From positions 1,114 to 65,113 of the forward strand of contig CAYUEN010000006.1 in the NCBI GenBank assembly GCA_964443745.1: 64,000 bases of DNA, read 5' to 3'. Below the pieces are notes generated by a model. The model was not told the DNA's origin, did no database searches, and saw only the letters and a program-made list of their open reading frames with translations. The translations under genes and the position numbers were made by a program. Positions 59,248-64,000 of the stretch are shown here, in pieces. The DNA comes from an uncultured Campylobacterales bacterium (GTDB taxonomy: Bacteria; Campylobacterota; Campylobacteria; Campylobacterales; QNZT01). Numbering within the stretch: the first letter of the stretch is position 1; every line of letters begins with the position of its first letter.

Positions 59248-59643
59248 TTACCATACACTGCAGATCAATTCGCCGCCTACGCCTTCTTTGTAGGCCACGT
59301 CGTTGCTGAGTACACCTTTGGAGGTACTGACGATGATCGTACCGTACCCGTTCTTGAATCGTTTGATCTCGTCCGCGCCTTTGTAGACACGTCGTCCGGG
59401 CTTGGAGATCTTTTTGATTTCATTGATGACCTGATTCCCGCGATCGTCATACTTGAGTACGACTTTGATGAATCGCTTGTTGCCCTCTTCTCTGACATTG
59501 TAACTGTCGATATAACCTTTTTCCTGAAGAATCTTCACGACAGATTCCACCAGTTTGGAGTAGAGCAGTTCAGTCACTTCGAGTTTTCTCATAGAAGCGT
59601 TTCTGATACGTGTCAACGCATCCGCTACCAAATCGTTTACCAT
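59248..59643 (-). CDS. rpsH: 30S ribosomal protein S8
   Basis: [16 protein letters not shown]. Confidence 0.95.
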   Translation of the reverse strand: MVNDLVADALTRIRNASMRKLEVTELLYSKLVESVVKILQEKGYIDSYNVREEGNKRFIKVVLKYDDRGNQVINEIKKISKPGRRVYKGADEIKRFKNGYGTIIVSTSKGVLSNDVAYKEGVGGELICSVW

Positions 59644-59653
59644 AATCTATCCC

Positions 59654-59839
59654 CTACCAGCTTGATTTTTTGATACCGGGCAATTTACCCTCGTTCGCCA
59701 TTTTTCTGAAGCAGACCCTGCAGATACCGAAATCTCTGTAGACAGAGTGCGGTCTGCCGCAAATCTGGCATCTCGTATAGGCTCTCACTGCAAACTTCGG
59801 TTTTCTTTTCGCTTTCGCGATCATCGATTTCTTTGCCAT
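59654..59839 (-). CDS. rpsN: 30S ribosomal protein S14 (zinc-ribbon Z type)
   Basis: 61 aa, [22 protein letters not shown]. Confidence 0.95.
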   Translation of the reverse strand: MAKKSMIAKAKRKPKFAVRAYTRCQICGRPHSVYRDFGICRVCFRKMANEGKLPGIKKSSW

Positions 59840-60390
59840 TATTCACGTCCCTTCGCAAACGGCATGCCCATCAGTTCCAACAACTTGTACGCCTCTTTGT
59901 CGTCTTCGGTCGTGGTCACGAACGTGATGTTCATACCATGAGTTTTTATGATGTTGTCAAATTTCACCTCAGGAAACACGAGCTGCTCGTCCAACCCGAA
60001 ACTGTAGTTTCCATGCCCGTCGAAACCGTTCGCCGATACGCCCCTGAAGTCTTTCACGCGCGGAAGGGTGATCGAAATCAGTTTGTCCATGAACGTATAC
60101 ATTCTCTTACCGCGAAGCGTCACTTTGACACCGACGGGGAAGCCTTCTCTAAGCTTGAAACCGGCGATCGATTTTCTAGCCCTCGTGACGACGGCTCTTT
60201 GTCCCGCGATCAGAGAGATCGTATCCTGAACGTTCTGAAGCACTTTGCTGTCTCTGGCTTCTTCACCCGCACCGACACTGATAACGATCTTTTCGAGTGC
60301 GGGAATCTGCATCGGATTCTTGATGTCGAACTCTTTGACCAGCGCGGGTCTGACCGTTTCGTTATACTGTTTTTGAAGTCTTATTTCCAT
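59839..60390 (-). CDS. rplE: 50S ribosomal protein L5
   Basis: [30 protein letters not shown]. Confidence 0.95.
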   Translation of the reverse strand: MEIRLQKQYNETVRPALVKEFDIKNPMQIPALEKIVISVGAGEEARDSKVLQNVQDTISLIAGQRAVVTRARKSIAGFKLREGFPVGVKVTLRGKRMYTFMDKLISITLPRVKDFRGVSANGFDGHGNYSFGLDEQLVFPEVKFDNIIKTHGMNITFVTTTEDDKEAYKLLELMGMPFAKGRE

Positions 60391-60395
60391 AATTC

Positions 60396-60629
60396 CTAAC
60401 CTTCCACTTTAGCGACGTTCGAAATGTGAATCGGCATCTCTTTGTTGACGAAACCACCCTGAGGATTCTCTTCGGTAGGTTTGACCGCCTTTTTTGCGAT
60501 TTTACAACCGCTGACGATGACTTGCGCCGTCTTGGGAAGCACTTTGAGCACCTCTCCTTCTTTACCTTTGTCGTCACCCGCGATAATCTTGACCGTATCG
60601 CCTTTTTTGATTTTGAACTTCGTTGCCAT
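60396..60629 (-). CDS. rplX: 50S ribosomal protein L24
   Basis: [23 protein letters not shown]. Confidence 0.95.
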   Translation of the reverse strand: MATKFKIKKGDTVKIIAGDDKGKEGEVLKVLPKTAQVIVSGCKIAKKAVKPTEENPQGGFVNKEMPIHISNVAKVEG

Positions 60630-60997
60630 TACAACACCTCCGGAGCGAGTGAAACGATTTTCATAAAGTTTGCGTATCTCACTTCACGACTGACCGGTCC
60701 AAAAATCCTCGTTCCGATCGGTTCGTTTTTCGAATCGAGGATCACGGCCGCATTCTCGTCGAAGCGGATGAGCGAGCCGTTTTCTCTCTGAATCTCTTTT
60801 TTCGTACGAACGATGACCGCTTTGACCACCTGCCCTTTTTTCACTTTTCCGTTCGGAATCGCTTTTTTGACGGAGGCGACGATCACGTCTCCGACACTCG
60901 CGTATCTTCTTTTGCTTCCACCCAGTACTTTGATGCACATGATCTCTTTGGCACCGCTGTTGTCGGCTACCGCCATTCTCGTAAAACTCTGTACCAT
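60629..60997 (-). CDS. rplN: 50S ribosomal protein L14
   Basis: Start at ATG 60997 ([27 protein letters not shown]). The track ORF is N-terminally over-extended into rpsQ. Confidence 0.95.
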   Translation of the reverse strand: MVQSFTRMAVADNSGAKEIMCIKVLGGSKRRYASVGDVIVASVKKAIPNGKVKKGQVVKAVIVRTKKEIQRENGSLIRFDENAAVILDSKNEPIGTRIFGPVSREVRYANFMKIVSLAPEVL

Positions 60998-61248
60998 TAC
61001 TTCACTCCCTGAGAGACGATCTCTTTGAGTCTGAAAGATTTTCTTTTGGAAAGCGGTCTGCACTCGATCGCACTGACCACATCTCCGACATTCGTCTCGT
61101 TTTTCTCATCATGAACCAGATATTTTTTGAATCGTTTGACGATCTTTCTATATCTGGGATGGACCACTTTTCTCTCTACCAACACAGTCGCCGTCTTGTC
61201 ACCGGCTTTCTTGACTACCGTACCTTGTATTTCTCTCTTTAAAGCCAT
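60997..61248 (-). CDS. rpsQ: 30S ribosomal protein S17
   Basis: [35 protein letters not shown]. Confidence 0.95.
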   Translation of the reverse strand: MALKREIQGTVVKKAGDKTATVLVERKVVHPRYRKIVKRFKKYLVHDEKNETNVGDVVSAIECRPLSKRKSFRLKEIVSQGVK

Positions 61249-61261
61249 CTTTATGCCTTAA

Positions 61262-61453
61262 TCATTTATTGGCGTTAGCGTTGATCGCCGTTTTGATACG
61301 GGCGATATCACGTCTAACTTCTTTGATCTCGTTCGGATTGTTCAGCTGCATCGTCTTGAGTTTCGCTCTAAGTTTGAACAGCAGCAACTTCTTCTCTTTC
61401 AACAGTTCGTTGAGTTCTTTAACGCTTTTCTCTTTGATTTCAGTAAACTTCAT
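61262..61453 (-). CDS. rpmC: 50S ribosomal protein L29
   Basis: [22 protein letters not shown]. The second ATG (61453) is preferred on SD spacing; ATG 61459 is possible. Confidence 0.9.
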   Translation of the reverse strand: MKFTEIKEKSVKELNELLKEKKLLLFKLRAKLKTMQLNNPNEIKEVRRDIARIKTAINANANK

Positions 61454-61865
61454 TTTCATTCTCTCGCGTTATGATTTTGGTTTTGAACGGAAGCTTGTGT
61501 TTTGCCAGGGTCAACGCCTCTCTGGCTAACGTTTCACTCACTCCCGCCATCTCGAACACGATCCTTCCGGGCTTGATGTTCATGACCCATTTTTCGACGG
61601 CACCCTTACCTTTACCCATTCTCGTCTCGAGAGGTTTTTTGGTCAGAGGCTTGTCCGGAAAGACACGAATCCACGATTTGGCTTCTCTCTTGACATGTCT
61701 TGTCATCGCGATCCTCGCCGCCTCTATCTGGCGGGAATCGATACGACCCGCTTCGACCGCTTTGAGAGCGATCTCGCCGAACGCGATCGTGTTGCCTCTG
61801 TAGGATTTTCCTCTGTTTCTACCTTTTTGCTGTTTTCTGTACTTCGTACGTTTTGGCATCAACAT
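61440..61865 (-). CDS. rplP: 50S ribosomal protein L16
   Basis: [16 protein letters not shown]. Confidence 0.95.
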   Translation of the reverse strand: MLMPKRTKYRKQQKGRNRGKSYRGNTIAFGEIALKAVEAGRIDSRQIEAARIAMTRHVKREAKSWIRVFPDKPLTKKPLETRMGKGKGAVEKWVMNIKPGRIVFEMAGVSETLAREALTLAKHKLPFKTKIITRENENEVY

Positions 61866-61867
61866 GA

Positions 61868-62560
61868 CTATTCACCTCTTCTTTTTCTGGATCTGGCAGG
61901 CTTGCTCTCTTTGGGTTCGGCCTGGATTCCCTTCGTCAATACTTCACCTTTGAAAATCCAGACTTTGACGCCGATAATACCGTATGTGGTATGCGCTTCG
62001 GCAAAACCGTAATCGATTTTCGCTCTGAGTGTATGCAGAGGCACACGCCCCTCCAGATACCACTCGGTCCTGGCCATCTCGGCACCGCCGAGTCGTCCCG
62101 CGACTTGTACCTTGATCCCTTTGGCACCGCTTTTCATCGCACCCTGAATCACCTTTTTCATCGCCCGTCTAAACGCCACACGTCGTTCCAACTGCGTCGC
62201 TACGTTTTCCGCCGCAAGCTGTGCGGAAATCTGAGGTTTTCGCTCCTCTTTGATGTTGACGTTCACCTCTTTGCCGACGAGTTTGTTGAGCTTTTGGCGC
62301 AGTTTTTCGATATCCGCACCCTTTTTACCGATAATGATACCGGGTCTGGCAGAAACGACGGTCACTCTCAGCTTCTTCGCCGTTCTTTCGATGATGATCT
62401 GGCTCACTCCCGCATAATAGAGCTCTTTTTTCACGAAAGATCTGATTTTATGGTCTTCACCGACGTTGGAGACAGCAGTCTCTTTCGATGGGTACCATCT
62501 GGAATCCCAATTTCTGTTCAGTCCCAGTCTTAAACCAATAGGATTAACTTTCTGACCCAT
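61868..62560 (-). CDS. rpsC: 30S ribosomal protein S3
   Basis: [23 protein letters not shown]. Confidence 0.95.
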   Translation of the reverse strand: MGQKVNPIGLRLGLNRNWDSRWYPSKETAVSNVGEDHKIRSFVKKELYYAGVSQIIIERTAKKLRVTVVSARPGIIIGKKGADIEKLRQKLNKLVGKEVNVNIKEERKPQISAQLAAENVATQLERRVAFRRAMKKVIQGAMKSGAKGIKVQVAGRLGGAEMARTEWYLEGRVPLHTLRAKIDYGFAEAHTTYGIIGVKVWIFKGEVLTKGIQAEPKESKPARSRKRRGE

Positions 62561-62562
62561 TC

Positions 62563-62910
62563 TTAAGACTCCTTCTCTGTTTTTGTTTCTTTTGCCACGG
62601 TCCCGACCTCTACCATAATATGTGATGTTGGTTTGTGAATTCTGGAGGCACTACCTCTCGCTCTGGGTTTGAATCGCTTCAAAACCGGCCCCTTGTCGAC
62701 TCTGCAAGAGAGAATCGTCACCTCTTCGGGCTCGTAATCGCCATTGGCGACCGCGGACGCGATCACCTTGGAGATGATGCCGGCAGCCTTGTTTGGCATA
62801 AACTCGAGTGCCGCCAGCGCTTCTTCGGCATTCATACCCTGCACTTCACGCGCGATCAATCTCGCCTTGGTGGGAGAGAGTCTGATAAATTTCAACGTCG
62901 CTTTACTCAT
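62563..62910 (-). CDS. rplV: 50S ribosomal protein L22
   Basis: 115 aa, ...[29 protein letters not shown]. Confidence 0.95.
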   Translation of the reverse strand: MSKATLKFIRLSPTKARLIAREVQGMNAEEALAALEFMPNKAAGIISKVIASAVANGDYEPEEVTILSCRVDKGPVLKRFKPRARGSASRIHKPTSHIMVEVGTVAKETKTEKES

Positions 62911-62920
62911 CTCTCACCCC

Positions 62921-63199
62921 TTAGCCTATCTTCTTCTGTACGGAGCCTTTGTGCCCCTTGAACGTACGTGTGGGTGCGAATTCACCCAGTTTGTAGCCGA
63001 CATGGTTTTCGGTGATATAGACGGGTACGAAATTTCTTCCGTTGTGAACCGTAATGGTCAGACCGATCATATCGGGCAGAATCATACTCCTTCTCGACCA
63101 TGTCTTGATCGGTTTTTTGTCACCGCTCTCTTTGGCTTTGATCACTTTTTTCATCAAATGGTCATCAACGAATGGACCCTTTTTCAAACTTCTCGCCAT
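62921..63199 (-). CDS. rpsS: 30S ribosomal protein S19
   Basis: [19 protein letters not shown]. Confidence 0.95.
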   Translation of the reverse strand: MARSLKKGPFVDDHLMKKVIKAKESGDKKPIKTWSRRSMILPDMIGLTITVHNGRNFVPVYITENHVGYKLGEFAPTRTFKGHKGSVQKKIG

Positions 63200-64000
63200 C
63201 TATCTTCCTTTTCTTCTGGAAATGATCAATTTATCGCTCGCTTTTTTGCGTCTTGTTTTGTACCCTTTCGTAGGCATACCCCATGGACTCACGGGATGTC
63301 TGCTCGCATTGGTTTTACCCTCACCACCACCATGCGGGTGATCGATAGGGTTCATCGCGGAACCTCTGGTCTGAGGCCTGATACCTCTGTGGCGGTTACG
63401 ACCCGCTTTACCGATGACGATGTTGGACCACTCTTCGTTTCCGACGGTTCCCACGGTCGCCATACACTCGCTTAGAATCTGTCTCATCTCGCCGCTGGGG
63501 AGTCTGAGAATGACGTACTTCTCCTCCTTGCCCATCAGTTGCGCGTATCCGCCGGCACTTCTGGCGATCTGGCCCCCTTTGCCGGGTTTCATCTCGATAT
63601 TGTGAAGGATCGTTCCCACCGGAATGTTTTTGAGTTTCATCGCGTTGCCCGGCTTGATATCCAGACCCGACTCCGCCGATGCTACCTTATCTCCTACTTT
63701 CAATCCCGAAGGCTGGAGGATATATCGTTTGTCGCCATCCGCATAGGTAATCAACGCGATACGGCAGTTTCTGTAAGGATCGTATTCGATCGCCGTAACT
63801 GTTCCTTCGACTCCGAATTTTCTTCTTTTGAAGTCGATGATTCTGTAGAGTTTCTTCGCACCAGCCTGCTTGTGGCGGGAGGTGATACGACCATTGTGAT
63901 TTCTACCCGCACTTCTTGGAAGCTTTTTGAGCAGTTTGGATACGGTCGGTTTACCGGTAATGTCGCTGGAATCGATTCCAGTCATATACCTTCTGCTGGG
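63200..64000 (-). CDS. rplB: 50S ribosomal protein L2 (3-prime part; N-terminus beyond the right edge)
   Basis: ...[16 protein letters not shown]... The frame is open to the window edge, and the track ORF starts at an internal Met. Confidence 0.95.
   Translation of the reverse strand, partial: PSRRYMTGIDSSDITGKPTVSKLLKKLPRSAGRNHNGRITSRHKQAGAKKLYRIIDFKRRKFGVEGTVTAIEYDPYRNCRIALITYADGDKRYILQPSGLKVGDKVASAESGLDIKPGNAMKLKNIPVGTILHNIEMKPGKGGQIARSAGGYAQLMGKEEKYVILRLPSGEMRQILSECMATVGTVGNEEWSNIVIGKAGRNRHRGIRPQTRGSAMNPIDHPHGGGEGKTNASRHPVSPWGMPTKGYKTRRKKASDKLIISRRKGR

Overview
This is a 64-kb, gene-dense chromosomal window with about 80 protein genes. I see no rRNA, tRNA, CRISPR, IS element or integrase. 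Gene content and order point to a Campylobacterota (epsilonproteobacterial) genome: secY-map-infA-rpmJ with no rpmD or adk, a flagellin next to topA, Maf-type flagellin glycosylation genes, and the carA/DUF507/MgtE-N-like/fliJ/purA block known from Campylobacter. Layout: (1) 1-1373, topA (partial). (2) 1656-2462, a minimal 268-aa flagellin. (3) 2443-11141, an eight-gene minus-strand operon for a legionaminic/neuraminic-type nonulosonic acid with acetamidino chemistry (NeuB-like, NeuC-like, HisF/HisH/PseA-like trio, cytidylyltransferase), an unexpected pyruvyl-transferase-family gene and a Maf transferase, plus a divergent methyltransferase. (4) leuC and mobA. (5) 13693-19858, a MoxR-DUF58-DUF4381-BatA-BatB/C-BatD operon. 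(6) carA to hisZ, a housekeeping/flagellar block. (7) 24767-45787, a ~21-kb compositionally mosaic, largely AT-rich Wzx/Wzy + Wza/Wzc surface-polysaccharide locus. It carries UDP-ManNAcA genes, a 4-amino-trideoxyhexose module without an acetyltransferase, a heparinase II/III-like gene, a CapK-like adenylating enzyme paired with a CapA-like metallophosphatase, and two priming transferases. (8) 45791-51924, a tkt-ispA-ybaB-panD-fdx-murE-hyp-nifU string. (9) 52055-64000, the alpha/spc/S10 ribosomal protein cluster (rplB partial). Nothing here looks like a defence island or a mobile element. The most promising unexplored biology is in the two glycan loci: the pyruvyl-transferase-family gene inside the flagellin glycosylation operon, and the CapK/CapA-like pair and lyase/epimerase-like gene in a possibly zwitterionic polysaccharide locus. 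An anomalous 211-nt structured spacer between infA and rpmJ is also worth a look. All functional calls rest on motif recognition by eye, not on database searches.
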